Shown: positions 11,089-21,724 of the stretch, one piece after another | Layout of the letters: each line of letters opens with the position of its first letter | Numbering within the stretch: the first letter of the stretch is position 1 | DNA from: Betaproteobacteria bacterium | GTDB lineage: Bacteria; Pseudomonadota; Gammaproteobacteria; Burkholderiales; Burkholderiaceae_C | Length of the DNA: 58,653 bases | NCBI GenBank assembly: GCA_031416215.1 | Contig: JANOTG010000038.1 | Span: forward strand, 1 to 58,653 | Direction: 5' to 3' | Program-made: the position numbers and the translations under genes | The notes under the pieces: model-generated | The model's input: only the letters and a program-made list of their open reading frames with translations | The model's database searches: none | Told to the model about the DNA's origin: nothing

Positions 11089-11189
11089 AATGAATCCTTC
11101 GGGGGCGGCAAAAATCACTTCCTGCCATTGTTTCAGCGTTGAGACACGTAACATGGCCACCCGGCCAGCAACACACTGAAAAGCCTTCC

Positions 11190-11195
11190 ATTATA
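11190..11195 (-). promoter_or_regulatory. Putative sigma70 -10 element for the rpsP operon
   Basis: Perfect TATAAT on the minus strand about 100 nt upstream of rpsP. No clear -35 identified. Confidence 0.55.
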
Positions 11196-11221
11196 ACGGG
11201 AAGCAGTACCCCACATCGCCA

Positions 11222-11677
11222 ATGACACAGCTTGAACTGCGAATTTCTGCCACCCCGTTGCGCAACAAGACACTTGCCGCGTGGCTGGCACTGGTCGCAG
11301 GCCTGTTCGGGCTGCACCGCTTTTATCTGCATGGGCGCGCCGATCTTGTCGGATGGTTGTTGCCAGTATTCAGCGCGGCGGGCATCTACGGCATATGGCG
11401 CGCCCGCCACTTCGGCCTCGATGATCGTCTGTCCTGGTTGCTGGTTCCGATCGTCGGGTTCGTTTTTGCTGCATGTGCACTAACAGCCATCGTGTACGGC
11501 CTGACCGACATCCAGGACTGGAACCAGCGGTTCAACACCAGCGCGGCACCAGAGCATCCCGATGGCGCCACCAACTGGTTGACTGTTGGCGCCCTGGTCG
11601 TAGCCATGCTGCTCGGCTGTACCGTGCTCGTGGCGTCAATCGCGTTCAGCCTGCAGCACCTGTTTGAGTTGCAATAA
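11222..11677 (+). CDS. TM2/NINE-domain membrane protein
   Basis: KTLAAWLALVAGLFGLHRFYL is the TM2 signature; several hydrophobic helices. Confidence 0.8.
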   Translation: MTQLELRISATPLRNKTLAAWLALVAGLFGLHRFYLHGRADLVGWLLPVFSAAGIYGIWRARHFGLDDRLSWLLVPIVGFVFAACALTAIVYGLTDIQDWNQRFNTSAAPEHPDGATNWLTVGALVVAMLLGCTVLVASIAFSLQHLFELQ

Positions 11678-11832
11678 GGCATCCGCCATCCGCCGGCCAA
11701 CCCGACACCAGGCGCAACCTTGCAGCGCCGGACTCGCGACTGGCTGCAATGCCGGTAATTTTTGCAGCAACACCATCTGGTGCACGCTTGCCGGCGCGCG
11801 GTCAGCGCGAAGGCCGACCCGTGCGGCGACCC

Positions 11833-14433
11833 CTAAGCCGACGCAACTTCTTTTGCCGCGTCGGTGAACTCGGCTATCCGGTCGAAGTTCAGGTACTGGT
11901 AGACGCTTGCGCTGGCGGCGGTCAACACACCCATGTCGGCCATGTACTCCTCCTTGGTGGGGATACGCCCGAGCTTGGAGCAGATGGCCGCCAACTCCGC
12001 TGACCCCAAATACACATTGGAGTTCTTGCCCAAACGGTTGGGAAAGTTGCGCGTCGAAGTGCTGAACACGGTAGCGCCCTCCTTCACCTGTGCCTGGTTG
12101 CCCATGCACAGACTGCAACCGGGCATCTCCATGCGTGCGCCAGCAGATCCCAACACGCCATAGTGCCCCTCGTCACTCAATTGCTTGGCATCCATCTTGG
12201 TCGGTGGCGCCATCCACAACTTGACCGGAATATCGCGCTTGTTCTCCAGCAGCTTGGACGCTGCACGGAAATGTCCGATGTTGGTCATGCAACTGCCAAT
12301 GAACACTTCGTCGATTGGAGAGCCGGCCACATCGCCAAGGGTCTTGACGTCGTCCGGGTCGTTCGGGCAGGCTACGATCGGTTCGTGTACGTCGGCAAGA
12401 TCAATCTCGATCACGGCTGCGTACTCGGCATCGGCATCGGCCTTCATCAAGGCCGGATTGGCGAGCCAGGCCTGCATCGCGTCGATACGTCGCTTGATGG
12501 TGCGCACGTCCGCATAACCAGTGGCAATCATCCACTTGAGCATCGCAATGTTGCTGGTGATGTACTCAATGATCGGCGCCTTGTCCAGATGCACCGTGCA
12601 ACCTGCCGCCGAGCGCTCGGCGGAGGCGTCGCTCAATTCAAACGCCTGCTCCACTTTCAGATCAGGTAAACCTTCGATCTCCAAGATCCTTCCGGAGAAA
12701 ATGTTCTTTTTGCCCTGTTTCGCTACGGTCAGATGTCCGGCCTTGATGGCATAGAGCGGGATCGCATTCACCAGGTCACGCAGGGTGACGCCAGGCTGCA
12801 GCGAGCCCTTGAATCGAATCAATACGCTCTCCGGCATATCAAGTGGCATGACGCCTGTGGCTGCGCCGAACGCCACCAGGCCAGAGCCGGCGGGGAAGCT
12901 GATGCCGATCGGAAACCGCGTGTGGCTGTCGCCTCCGGTTCCAACCGTATCGGGAAGCAACATACGGTTCAGCCAGCTGTGGATGATGCCGTCGCCCGGG
13001 CGCAGGCTGATGCCACCGCGCGTGCTGATGAAGTCCGGCAGTTCATGGTGCATCTTCACGTCCACCGGCTTCGGATAGGCCGCCGTGTGACAGAACGATT
13101 GCATCACAAGGTCGGCGCTGAAGCCCAGGCACGCCAGATCCTTCAGCTCGTCCCGAGTCATCGGCCCGGTTGTGTCCTGCGATCCCACTGACGTCATGCG
13201 TGGCTCGCAATAGGTGCCAGGGCGCACACCCTGGCCGACAGGCAGGCCTACCGCCCGGCCCACCATTTTTTGCGCCAGTGTGAAACCGCGCTGCGTGGCC
13301 GCCGGGTTCTGCGGCAACCGGAACAGGGTACTCAGGGGCAGACCGAGAGCCTCCCGCGCCTTGGCCGTCAACCCGCGCCCGATAATCAACGGAATGCGCC
13401 CACCTGCACGGACCTCATCAAACAGGACCTCGCTCTTGATGGCGAATTGGGCGATGACCTTGCCGTCCTTCAGCGCCTGACCGGCGTACGGACGCAATTC
13501 GACGACGTCGCCCATGTTCATAAGGGTCACGTCGAGTTCAATCGGCAACGCCCCCGAATCTTCCATCGTGTTGTAGAAGATCGGTGCGATCTTGCTGCCC
13601 AGGCACACGCCACCAAAGCGCTTGTTCGGAACAAACGGAATATCCTGGCCGGTAAACCACAAGACGGAATTGGTGGCCGACTTGCGGCTGGAGCCGGTGC
13701 CGACCACGTCGCCTACATAGGCAACCTGGTGCCCACGTGCGCGCAAGTCCTCGATGAATTTGACCGGCCCGCGTTTTCCGTCCTGCTCCGGCGTGACTCC
13801 CGGACGCGGATTCTTGTGCATCGCAAGCGCATGCAAGGGGATGTCGGGGCGGCTCCAGGCATCGGGTGCGGGCGACAAGTCGTCGGTATTGATCTCGCCC
13901 GCCACCTTGAAGATACTGACCGTGATGCTGGCCGGTACCTCCGGACGGCTGGTAAACCATTCGGCATCAGCCCAACTTTGCAACACCTCCCGGGCATGTC
14001 GGTTTCCCTTGTCCGCCAGTTCCTTGACATCGTGAAACTGATCGAACATCAGCAGGGTTTTCTTCAATCCTGCCGCAGCCACCGGCGCCACGGTGTCGTC
14101 GGCCAACAGTGCAACCAGCGGGCCGATGTTGTACCCACCCAGCATGGTGCCAAGCAGTTCAGTCGCCAGTGTCCGGCTGATCAGATCGCATTTCTCGATC
14201 CCGTGCGCAACCGCTGCCAGGTAACTCGCCTTGACCTTGGCCGCATCATCGACGCCCGCCGGCACACGGTGCGTGATCAGATCGAGCATGAAAGCACCCT
14301 CGTCGACAGAACCCGCAGTACGTGGCGCTTTGAGCAACTCGATCAAGGCCGCGGTCTGGGCCGCCGACAGTGGCAACGGTGGAATGCCGAGCGCGGCGCG
14401 TTCGGCAACATGGGTACGGTAGCTTTGCAACAT
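11833..14433 (-). CDS. acnB: Aconitate hydratase B
   Basis: 866 aa; [39 protein letters not shown] and GCSLCMGNQ Fe-S ligands. Confidence 0.98.
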   Translation of the reverse strand: MLQSYRTHVAERAALGIPPLPLSAAQTAALIELLKAPRTAGSVDEGAFMLDLITHRVPAGVDDAAKVKASYLAAVAHGIEKCDLISRTLATELLGTMLGGYNIGPLVALLADDTVAPVAAAGLKKTLLMFDQFHDVKELADKGNRHAREVLQSWADAEWFTSRPEVPASITVSIFKVAGEINTDDLSPAPDAWSRPDIPLHALAMHKNPRPGVTPEQDGKRGPVKFIEDLRARGHQVAYVGDVVGTGSSRKSATNSVLWFTGQDIPFVPNKRFGGVCLGSKIAPIFYNTMEDSGALPIELDVTLMNMGDVVELRPYAGQALKDGKVIAQFAIKSEVLFDEVRAGGRIPLIIGRGLTAKAREALGLPLSTLFRLPQNPAATQRGFTLAQKMVGRAVGLPVGQGVRPGTYCEPRMTSVGSQDTTGPMTRDELKDLACLGFSADLVMQSFCHTAAYPKPVDVKMHHELPDFISTRGGISLRPGDGIIHSWLNRMLLPDTVGTGGDSHTRFPIGISFPAGSGLVAFGAATGVMPLDMPESVLIRFKGSLQPGVTLRDLVNAIPLYAIKAGHLTVAKQGKKNIFSGRILEIEGLPDLKVEQAFELSDASAERSAAGCTVHLDKAPIIEYITSNIAMLKWMIATGYADVRTIKRRIDAMQAWLANPALMKADADAEYAAVIEIDLADVHEPIVACPNDPDDVKTLGDVAGSPIDEVFIGSCMTNIGHFRAASKLLENKRDIPVKLWMAPPTKMDAKQLSDEGHYGVLGSAGARMEMPGCSLCMGNQAQVKEGATVFSTSTRNFPNRLGKNSNVYLGSAELAAICSKLGRIPTKEEYMADMGVLTAASASVYQYLNFDRIAEFTDAAKEVASA

Positions 14434-14483
14434 CTAGGGCTCCTTGGAAAGATACTATCTGGTCGGATTTAAGGCACCGACTA

Positions 14484-15029
14484 CTACTCCACGACCTGGT
14501 TGACGATGGTCGGGGCGACACTGTCGAGCACACTGACGGGCGGGTTGACCAGCATCGCTTGGGCCACAAGCACCTGCTCGGGACTCTGGCATTCGTCGGC
14601 CAGCCGGCGACCGAGCTTCTGGTCCATCAGCATTGACTTATTGGCCAATTGCAGCCAGACGATTCCAGCCGCCTTGTCCTCCAGCCGGATCGCTCCCGTG
14701 GTGGTCTCCTCGGGCGAAACCCGGTAGCTGGACTTTCCAAGAACGAGCGTGAAATAACCCGCCACAGCCGGGTCGGGCGTCAGCAGCACTGTTTGACCAA
14801 GTTCACACGGCAACCGGCCAGCGTGAACCCTCGATGCGATGGCCAACTCGGCTTCACTCAAGGGAGCACGCACTTCAGCGGCAGTATTGCGCGCCAGAAC
14901 CCGGGCATCGCGCCTGCTCGCACCCGGGTCGACCCGCGGTTTGGTCTGGGCCTGCAATACCCCTGAGCAGGCGACGGCAAGTATCCACAACAATAAGGCT
15001 CGGCAGTTACGCCAAAGGCACTTCAACAT
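14484..15029 (-). CDS. Exported protein of unknown function (signal peptide, two mature-region Cys)
   Basis: AGGAGG RBS at 15035-15040, N-terminal signal-like segment, co-oriented between the CitE-like gene and acnB. Confidence 0.75.
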   Translation of the reverse strand: MLKCLWRNCRALLLWILAVACSGVLQAQTKPRVDPGASRRDARVLARNTAAEVRAPLSEAELAIASRVHAGRLPCELGQTVLLTPDPAVAGYFTLVLGKSSYRVSPEETTTGAIRLEDKAAGIVWLQLANKSMLMDQKLGRRLADECQSPEQVLVAQAMLVNPPVSVLDSVAPTIVNQVVE

Positions 15030-16068
15030 GGGAGCCTCCTTGGTTCAGGCGCGCGGTCTCAAAATACGTGGCGACAGGTGGCGGCAAGCTGCGGCCCGTT
15101 CCATGGGCGCGCTCCAGCACCTGCCAAAAAAATCGATAACTGGCTCGATCATGCAACTGGCCGCGGTGGCTGATCGGAGCCCATTGTGCCGCTTGCGCAG
15201 CAACGATTATTTCAACAGCCTCGGCGACCGCGCCAGAGTCTGGCGCAAAGGCCTCCAGGATTGGCCGGATTTGCGTCGGGTGGATACTCCACATTCTCGT
15301 GTACCCCAGGCTGCGGGCGGCCACGCCGGCAGCCTGCCGTACCGCAGCTGAATCGTGTATCTCGGTCACCACGCAGTGGGATGGAACTTTCCCAGCAGCA
15401 TGGCAGGCGGCGGCGATCTCCAGCTTCGCACGCATCACCAACGGATGGCTGAACTGCCCTGCCCCCTGCATCCCGCTGGACGGGATCGCACCCCCGTGAG
15501 CCGAAACAAAATCCATCAAACCGAAACTGACGGATTGCACCCTGGGATGCGCAGCGATTTCGTAGGCTCTATGGACTGCAGCGGGGGACTCCAGCAGAAC
15601 ATGAATTGGCAGGGCACGGGCATCCGGCTGCGGCAACGCGGCCAGCGCAGCAACCGCCCGGTCAACGTCTCTGATCGACTCGATTTTCGGCACCATCAGG
15701 TGGCACCAGCCGGCAAAGCCGCTTCCCGCCAAAACCTGGATGTCCTGGTTGAAGGCGCCATGGTCGACTGGATGCACCCGCGCTGCGACACGCGGCGAGT
15801 CCCGGACCTCGGACGCCGATGCGGCTGCGACGGCGTCGCGGGCCAGCGCCACAACCATTTGTGCATGGTCCAGTTCCCCTCCGACCGCTGCTCCGTCCTC
15901 ACAATCGAGTGTCACATCAAACACGCAGGCACCAAACTCTTGTGTCATTTCAGCCTGCAGTGCGAGACTCTTGCGCATGCGGGCTTCGACACCGCTGTAG
16001 TGGTCACACACCGGCAACAGAGCTGTCGCCGACTGTGCCCCCAGAAGAATCTCGCGCGGGTGCTTCAC
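15007..16068 (-). CDS. HpcH/HpaI aldolase / citrate lyase beta (CitE-like CoA lyase)
   Basis: TLDCEDGA, MVPK, LLESP, FGLMDF and MWSIHPTQI motifs of the CitE superfamily. GTG start 3 nt after the mdh stop. Confidence 0.85.
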   Translation of the reverse strand: MKHPREILLGAQSATALLPVCDHYSGVEARMRKSLALQAEMTQEFGACVFDVTLDCEDGAAVGGELDHAQMVVALARDAVAAASASEVRDSPRVAARVHPVDHGAFNQDIQVLAGSGFAGWCHLMVPKIESIRDVDRAVAALAALPQPDARALPIHVLLESPAAVHRAYEIAAHPRVQSVSFGLMDFVSAHGGAIPSSGMQGAGQFSHPLVMRAKLEIAAACHAAGKVPSHCVVTEIHDSAAVRQAAGVAARSLGYTRMWSIHPTQIRPILEAFAPDSGAVAEAVEIIVAAQAAQWAPISHRGQLHDRASYRFFWQVLERAHGTGRSLPPPVATYFETARLNQGGSHVEVPLA

Positions 16069-16071
16069 CGC

Positions 16072-17058
16072 CTACAGCAGATGCGCCACGCCTGACTGCT
16101 CGTCCTGCAACTCCTTGAGGGTCTTGTTGATGCACTCCTGGCTGAACGCATCAATTTCAAGCCCCTCGACCAGCTGGTACTCGCCGCCGGCGCAGGTGAC
16201 TGCGAAGCCAAATATCGTGTCTTTCGGAATGCCATACTGACCATCGGATGCGATCCCCATCGTCACCCACTTCCCGTTGGTGCCCAGCGCCCAATCGTGC
16301 ATGTGGTCGATCGCCGCGTTGGCCGCCGACGCCGCCGAGGACACACCACGCGCGGCGATGATTGCTGCGCCACGTTTGCCTACTGTGGGCAGGAATGTAT
16401 GGACGTTCCAGTCATGGTCGTTTATCAATTGCTTGACACTTTGCCCGCCGACGGTCGCAAAACGGTAGTCGGCATACATCGTCGGGGAATGATTGCCCCA
16501 AACCGCCAGCTTCTCTATTTCCGCCACCGGCTTGCCCGTTCGGGCTGCGATCTGGCTCAATGCCCTGTTGTGGTCGAGGCGCAACATTGCCGTGAAATTG
16601 CGCCGCGGCAGCTGCGGGGCGCTCTTCATAGCAATGTAGGCATTGGTGTTGGCTGGATTGCCAACCACCAGCACCTTGACGTTGCGACTTGCCACCGCGT
16701 TCAACGCCTTGCCCTGCGCCGTGAAAATCTGCGCATTTGCCGCCAGCAAGTCGGCACGCTCCATGCCAGGTCCGCGCGGACGGGCGCCGACCAACAGCGC
16801 GTAATCAGTGCCCTTGAATGCTGTCATCGGGTCACCATGCGCCTCCATGCCGGCCAGCAAGGGAAAGGCGCAATCCTCCAGTTCCATCATCACGCCCTTG
16901 AGCGCATTTTGTGCCTTCTCGTCGGGAATTTCAAGCAATTGCAGGATCACTGGCTGGTCCGCGCCGAGCATCGCACCGCTGGCAATCCGGAACAGTAACG
17001 CGTAACCAATTTGACCGGCGGCACCAGTAACGGCGACTCGAACGGGGGTCTTGCTCAT
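16072..17058 (-). CDS. mdh: Malate dehydrogenase
   Basis: [28 protein letters not shown] and WGNHS. Confidence 0.98.
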   Translation of the reverse strand: MSKTPVRVAVTGAAGQIGYALLFRIASGAMLGADQPVILQLLEIPDEKAQNALKGVMMELEDCAFPLLAGMEAHGDPMTAFKGTDYALLVGARPRGPGMERADLLAANAQIFTAQGKALNAVASRNVKVLVVGNPANTNAYIAMKSAPQLPRRNFTAMLRLDHNRALSQIAARTGKPVAEIEKLAVWGNHSPTMYADYRFATVGGQSVKQLINDHDWNVHTFLPTVGKRGAAIIAARGVSSAASAANAAIDHMHDWALGTNGKWVTMGIASDGQYGIPKDTIFGFAVTCAGGEYQLVEGLEIDAFSQECINKTLKELQDEQSGVAHLL

Positions 17059-17177
17059 GGGGAAACGCTCCAGAAAGTTTGGGTGAAAATCGTCATCAAC
17101 AGGCTTCCGACCGGGTAGCAGTGGTGAAACGCGACCACCCTCAAGTCTACCCGTGAACGCAGCTGCCAGTCAACTTG

Positions 17178-17196
17178 TCTTATGTCTTATATAAGA
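17178..17196. promoter_or_regulatory. Likely operator of the adjacent GntR/HutC-type regulator (TCTTATGTCTTATATAAGA)
   Basis: AT-rich island with a perfect palindrome TCTTATATAAGA (17185-17196) and a tandem TCTTAT half-site. It lies between divergent mdh and the regulator and abuts a TATGAT -10. Confidence 0.75.
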
Positions 17197-17209
17197 TATG
17201 ATTGGCCAC

Positions 17210-18049
17210 ATGCGCCAGCATACCGACCCACCGCTGTTGCAGCCGCGCCCCGCCGTGCCAGTTATCAGCACCGAAACCGCGCTGCAGCGCTATGAGCCTG
17301 CGCCGACACCCATTGCTGACGCCGCTCCGGCATACAGCCCGTTGTACCAGCAGATCAAAATTTTGATGCTCAAGGGCCTGCAGGCCAGCGAATGGAAGCC
17401 CGGCGACGCAATTCCCAGCGAATTCGAACTCGCCGCACGCTTTCGGGTCAGCCAGGGAACGGTGCGCAAGGCCATCGACGAACTCGCGGCCGAAAACCTG
17501 CTGGTACGGCGCCAGGGAAAGGGTACGTTTGTCGCGACCCATGCCGAACAACAAATGCAGTACCGCTTTCTCAAGCTGGTGCCGGATATGGGTGACCGGA
17601 ACAGCGAGGGCCCGGCAGAACGCCTGATCGTCGACTGCCGCCGCAGCCGGGCAAGCGCGGAAATCGCACGCGCACTTGCAATCCGGCCAGGCGACGCCGT
17701 ATTGCAACTGCGGCGCATATTGTCTTTCGCCGGCGAGCCGACCATCCTCGAGGACATATGGCTGCCCGGCGGACCGTTCAAGGGATTGACGGCTGAACGG
17801 CTTACCAGCTACCGCGGACCGATGTACGCCATGTTTGAAACCGATTTTGGCGTCAGGATGGTGCGTGCCGAAGAGAAAATCCGTGCTGTCCTCGCCGATG
17901 TGCAGCAGGCTCGGCTGCTGGCGCTGGCGCCAGACACTCCCCTGTTGAGTGTCGAGCGCACGGCCTACACCTACCATAACAAGCCAATGGAACTTCGCCG
18001 AGGCATGTACCGCACGGACAAGCACCACTATCGCAACCAGCTCAAATGA
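17210..18049 (+). CDS. GntR-family (HutC subfamily, UTRA domain) regulator of the TCA/sdh cluster
   Basis: PLYQQIK...IPSEFELAARFRVSQGTVRKAIDEL...RRQGKGTFV winged HTH plus a UTRA C-terminus. Confidence 0.92.
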   Translation: MRQHTDPPLLQPRPAVPVISTETALQRYEPAPTPIADAAPAYSPLYQQIKILMLKGLQASEWKPGDAIPSEFELAARFRVSQGTVRKAIDELAAENLLVRRQGKGTFVATHAEQQMQYRFLKLVPDMGDRNSEGPAERLIVDCRRSRASAEIARALAIRPGDAVLQLRRILSFAGEPTILEDIWLPGGPFKGLTAERLTSYRGPMYAMFETDFGVRMVRAEEKIRAVLADVQQARLLALAPDTPLLSVERTAYTYHNKPMELRRGMYRTDKHHYRNQLK

Positions 18050-18196
18050 CCGCGCGCCCGCCGATTGGACCCAAACATGCGAACTCGACGGGCTTTCCTT
18101 GCTGCCAAGTGTCAGAACCAAATGATGCAATAGAATTTTGACCAAGGTCAGTACCACCCCGGACGGTTAAGCGGTTGATAAGACCACATCAAATCC

Positions 18197-18640
18197 ATGA
18201 CAGAACTTGACACCTCGACCAGCGCCAAACGCCCGGAGTTTCGCAACATCCACCTACTGCGGGACTTACCGGGATACAGGTTGCCATTGGCGGGAATAGT
18301 GTCCATCCTGCATCGCGTCAGCGGAGCGGTCATGTTCTTGTTGCTGCCGTTCATCATCTGGATGTTTGATGCCTCCGTGTCATCGGAGATCTCGTTTGCC
18401 CGCTTCAAGAACGTGTTCTCACAAGGTGTGGCTGGTGTTCCGGGGTGGACCGTGAAGCTGGTCGTATTGGCGCTCATATGGGCCTACCTGCATCACCTGA
18501 TTGCCGGTTTGCGACACCTGTGGATGGATGTCAACCACGCCGTCAGCAAGGAATTCGGCCGACAGTCCGCGGCGGTCACGCTTGTGCTGAGCCTGAGTCT
18601 GACGCTCGTTCTTGGCGCCAAGTTGTTCGGTTGGTACTGA
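18197..18640 (+). CDS. sdhC: Succinate dehydrogenase cytochrome b556 subunit
   Basis: SILHRVSG, HHLIAGLRHL and three TM helices; operon context. Confidence 0.95.
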   Translation: MTELDTSTSAKRPEFRNIHLLRDLPGYRLPLAGIVSILHRVSGAVMFLLLPFIIWMFDASVSSEISFARFKNVFSQGVAGVPGWTVKLVVLALIWAYLHHLIAGLRHLWMDVNHAVSKEFGRQSAAVTLVLSLSLTLVLGAKLFGWY

Positions 18641-18745
18641 CGACTTCTCCGTGGCGCATGCATTTCGAACCGGCCTGATACCCGCATCGCGGAGCGTCCG
18701 GATTCGTTTGATCATCTCCCTTCTTTTATTGCAGGACGTATGGAC

Positions 18746-19111
18746 ATGGCAGTGAACTACGGCTCAAAACGTATTGTGGTCGGAGCGCATTACGGCCTCA
18801 GGGATTGGCTCAGCCAGCGTGTCACGGCTGGCATCATGGCCGCCTTTACGGCCATCGTGCTGGCTCAGGTGTTGCTCACGCGCGGGCCTGTGGGATACGA
18901 CCGGTGGGCGGGCATTTTCGCGGCGCAGTGGATGAAGGTTTTGACCTTTGTCGTCATCATTTCATTGCTGTTGCACGCCTGGGTCGGAGTGCGCGACATC
19001 TGGATGGACTATGTCAAACCGGTTTCGGTACGCCTTGGGCTGCAAATTTTCTCCATCGTGTGGCTGGTCGGCTGTACCGGATGGGCCATCCAGGTGCTGT
19101 GGCGGCTGTAA
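18746..19111 (+). CDS. sdhD: Succinate dehydrogenase hydrophobic anchor subunit
   Basis: GLRDWLSQRVTA and HAWVGVRDIWMDYVK. Confidence 0.95.
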   Translation: MAVNYGSKRIVVGAHYGLRDWLSQRVTAGIMAAFTAIVLAQVLLTRGPVGYDRWAGIFAAQWMKVLTFVVIISLLLHAWVGVRDIWMDYVKPVSVRLGLQIFSIVWLVGCTGWAIQVLWRL

Positions 19112-19153
19112 TTCGCGACGCCGTCTCCGCTCTTCATTGAATCATTTCAACCA

Positions 19154-20944
19154 ATGACATATTCCATCAGCAAGCGCAAATTTGATGTCGTGATCGTCGG
19201 CGCCGGCGGCTCGGGCATGCGGGCCTCCCTGCAACTGGCCCGCGCCGGTTTGAATGTCGCCGTCCTGTCGAAGGTATTCCCGACCCGCTCACACACGGTG
19301 GCGGCACAGGGCGGCATAGGTGCCTCGTTGGGCAACATGAACGAGGACAACTGGCACTACCACTTCTACGACACGGTGAAAGGCTCTGACTGGCTGGGTG
19401 ACCAGGACGCGATCGAATTCATGTGCCGCGAGGCACCCAAGGTGGTGTATGACCTTGAGCACATGGGTATGCCGTTTGACCGCAATCCGGATGGAACCAT
19501 CTACCAGCGTCCGTTTGGTGGCCACACCGCGAACTATGGCGAAAAGGCAGTGGAGCGAGCCTGTGCAGCGGCGGACCGCACAGGCCACGCCATGCTGCAC
19601 ACGCTGTATCAGCAGAATGTCAAGGCGCGGACTACGTTTTTCGTCGAGTGGATGGCGCTTGACCTGATACGTGATGCCAATGGGGATGTGCTGGGCGTCA
19701 CCGCACTCGAAATGGAGACCGGGGAACTGCACATCCTGCAGGCCAAGACCACTTTGCTGGCAACCGGAGGCGCCGGCCGTATTTTTGCCGCCTCCACCAA
19801 CGCATTTATCAACACTGGCGACGGCCTGGGCATGGCAGCACGCGCCGGGTTGGCGTTGGAAGACATGGAGTTTTGGCAATTCCACCCGACCGGGGTAGCG
19901 GGCGCCGGCGTGTTGCTGACTGAGGGTTGCCGCGGTGAAGGTGCCATCCTGATCAACAATACGGGCGAGCGGTTCATGGAGCGCTACGCACCTACTTTGA
20001 AGGATCTGGCTCCACGCGACTTCATTTCTCGCTGTATGGATCAGGAGATCAAGGAAGGACGTGGTTGCGGGCCAAACAAAGATTACGTGCTGCTCAAGCT
20101 GGACCACTTGGGCGCTGACACCATCATGAAGCGTTTGCCATCGGTCCATGAGATCGGAATCAATTTCGCCAATGTCGATGTCACCCGGGAAGCGATTCCC
20201 GTGGTGCCGACGATCCATTACCAGATGGGCGGTATTCCCACCAATATCCACGGTCAGGTTGTGGCACAACACGATGGCAATGACAACACGCCCGTACCGG
20301 GCTTGTACGCGGTGGGCGAATGCTCCTGTGTCAGCGTGCACGGCGCAAACAGGCTCGGCACGAACTCACTGCTGGATCTGCTGGTGTTTGGACGTGCCGC
20401 AGGAAATCACATTGTCGACAGCAACGACCGCAACGAGTCCCACAAACCACTACCAGCCGACGCGGCACAACGCGCGCTGGAGCGCCTCGCCCGGCTGGAT
20501 GGCTCCGTTGAGGGCGAATATGCGCAGGATGTTGCGAACGACATCCGCAATACCATGCAAAAACATGCCAGCGTGTTTCGGACCCAGGCGATGTTGGACG
20601 AGGGTGTGCGCGCGATCGCGGACATTCGCGAACGGGTGAACCGTATTCACCTGGCCGACAAGTCCAAGGTATTCAATACCGCCCGCATAGAGGCGCTGGA
20701 AGTGGAGAATCTGATCGAGTCGGCGCAGGCGACGATTGTGTCGGCGGCAGCGCGCAAGGAGAGCCGGGGAGCACATTCGGTACACGACTACGGTGACACG
20801 CCGGAACACCCCAACGGACGCAATGATGTGGACTGGCATAAACACAGCCTGTGGTACAGCGCTGGCAATCGCCTGAGCTACAAAGCCGTTCAAATGAAGC
20901 CGCTAACCGTCGACTCCGTCCCCTTGAAGGTGCGGACTTTCTGA
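19154..20944 (+). CDS. sdhA: Succinate dehydrogenase flavoprotein subunit
   Basis: GAGGSG, RSHTVAAQGG (FAD His), QFHPTG and HGANRLGTNSL. Confidence 0.98.
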   Translation: MTYSISKRKFDVVIVGAGGSGMRASLQLARAGLNVAVLSKVFPTRSHTVAAQGGIGASLGNMNEDNWHYHFYDTVKGSDWLGDQDAIEFMCREAPKVVYDLEHMGMPFDRNPDGTIYQRPFGGHTANYGEKAVERACAAADRTGHAMLHTLYQQNVKARTTFFVEWMALDLIRDANGDVLGVTALEMETGELHILQAKTTLLATGGAGRIFAASTNAFINTGDGLGMAARAGLALEDMEFWQFHPTGVAGAGVLLTEGCRGEGAILINNTGERFMERYAPTLKDLAPRDFISRCMDQEIKEGRGCGPNKDYVLLKLDHLGADTIMKRLPSVHEIGINFANVDVTREAIPVVPTIHYQMGGIPTNIHGQVVAQHDGNDNTPVPGLYAVGECSCVSVHGANRLGTNSLLDLLVFGRAAGNHIVDSNDRNESHKPLPADAAQRALERLARLDGSVEGEYAQDVANDIRNTMQKHASVFRTQAMLDEGVRAIADIRERVNRIHLADKSKVFNTARIEALEVENLIESAQATIVSAAARKESRGAHSVHDYGDTPEHPNGRNDVDWHKHSLWYSAGNRLSYKAVQMKPLTVDSVPLKVRTF

Positions 20945-20999
20945 TGCGATCAGCCCGGCATTGCCTGAAACCCGAATGACAGACCGCATTGGAGCAGCC

Positions 21000-21704
21000 A
21001 TGGACCAGCGTACCTTCCACATCTACCGCTACGACCCCGATCGTGATGCCAAGCCGACCATGCAGACGCTGCAGGTAAGCCTGGACGGTAGCGAGCGCAT
21101 GTTGCTCGACGTATTGATGAAGCTCAAGGCCATGGACCCGGCGATCTCGTTTCGTCGCTCCTGCCGCGAGGGGGTTTGCGGGTCGGATGCGATGAACATC
21201 AACGGCAAGAATGGCCTGGCCTGCCTGACCAACATGAACACCCTGCCTGCCACCATTACCCTCAAGCCCTTGCCAGGCCTACCGGTGATCCGTGACCTGA
21301 TTGTGGACATGACGCAATTTTTCAAGCAGTACAACTCGATCAAACCCTATCTTGTCAACGACACGGTGCCACCGGAAAAGGAACGCTTGCAAAGCCCACA
21401 GGAGCGCGAGGAGTTGAACGGCTTGTACGAATGTATCCTGTGCGCAAGTTGCTCGACCAGTTGCCCTAGTTTCTGGTGGAATCCGGACAAGTTTGTCGGC
21501 CCCGCAGGCTTGCTGCAGGCATACCGCTTCATCGCTGACAGCCGGGACGAAGCCACCGCCGAACGCCTCGACAACCTGGAGGACCCCTACCGCCTGTTCA
21601 GATGCCACACCATCATGAACTGCGTTGACGTTTGCCCCAAAGGCCTCAACCCGACGCGGGCCATCGGCAAGATCAAGGAAATGATGGTGCTTCGCGCAGT
21701 GTGA
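21000..21704 (+). CDS. sdhB: Succinate dehydrogenase iron-sulfur subunit
   Basis: SCREGVCGSD, CILCASCSTSCP and CHTIMNCVDVCP. GGAG RBS at 20991. Confidence 0.97.
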   Translation: MDQRTFHIYRYDPDRDAKPTMQTLQVSLDGSERMLLDVLMKLKAMDPAISFRRSCREGVCGSDAMNINGKNGLACLTNMNTLPATITLKPLPGLPVIRDLIVDMTQFFKQYNSIKPYLVNDTVPPEKERLQSPQEREELNGLYECILCASCSTSCPSFWWNPDKFVGPAGLLQAYRFIADSRDEATAERLDNLEDPYRLFRCHTIMNCVDVCPKGLNPTRAIGKIKEMMVLRAV

Positions 21705-21724
21705 CCCGCAGTGCGGACCATGGC

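Noticed and set aside
13270-14472. Long antisense or alternate-frame ORFs (e.g. 13270-14472, 6986-8221, 9326-10477, 19289-20341, 51274-52443)
   Set aside because: They shadow well-identified genes on the opposite strand and have no motifs. Such frames are expected in GC-rich coding DNA with few off-frame stops.
18641-18745. Spacer of about 100 bp between sdhC and sdhD
   Set aside because: Longer than in enterobacteria, but I found no convincing ORF, strong stem or motif in it.
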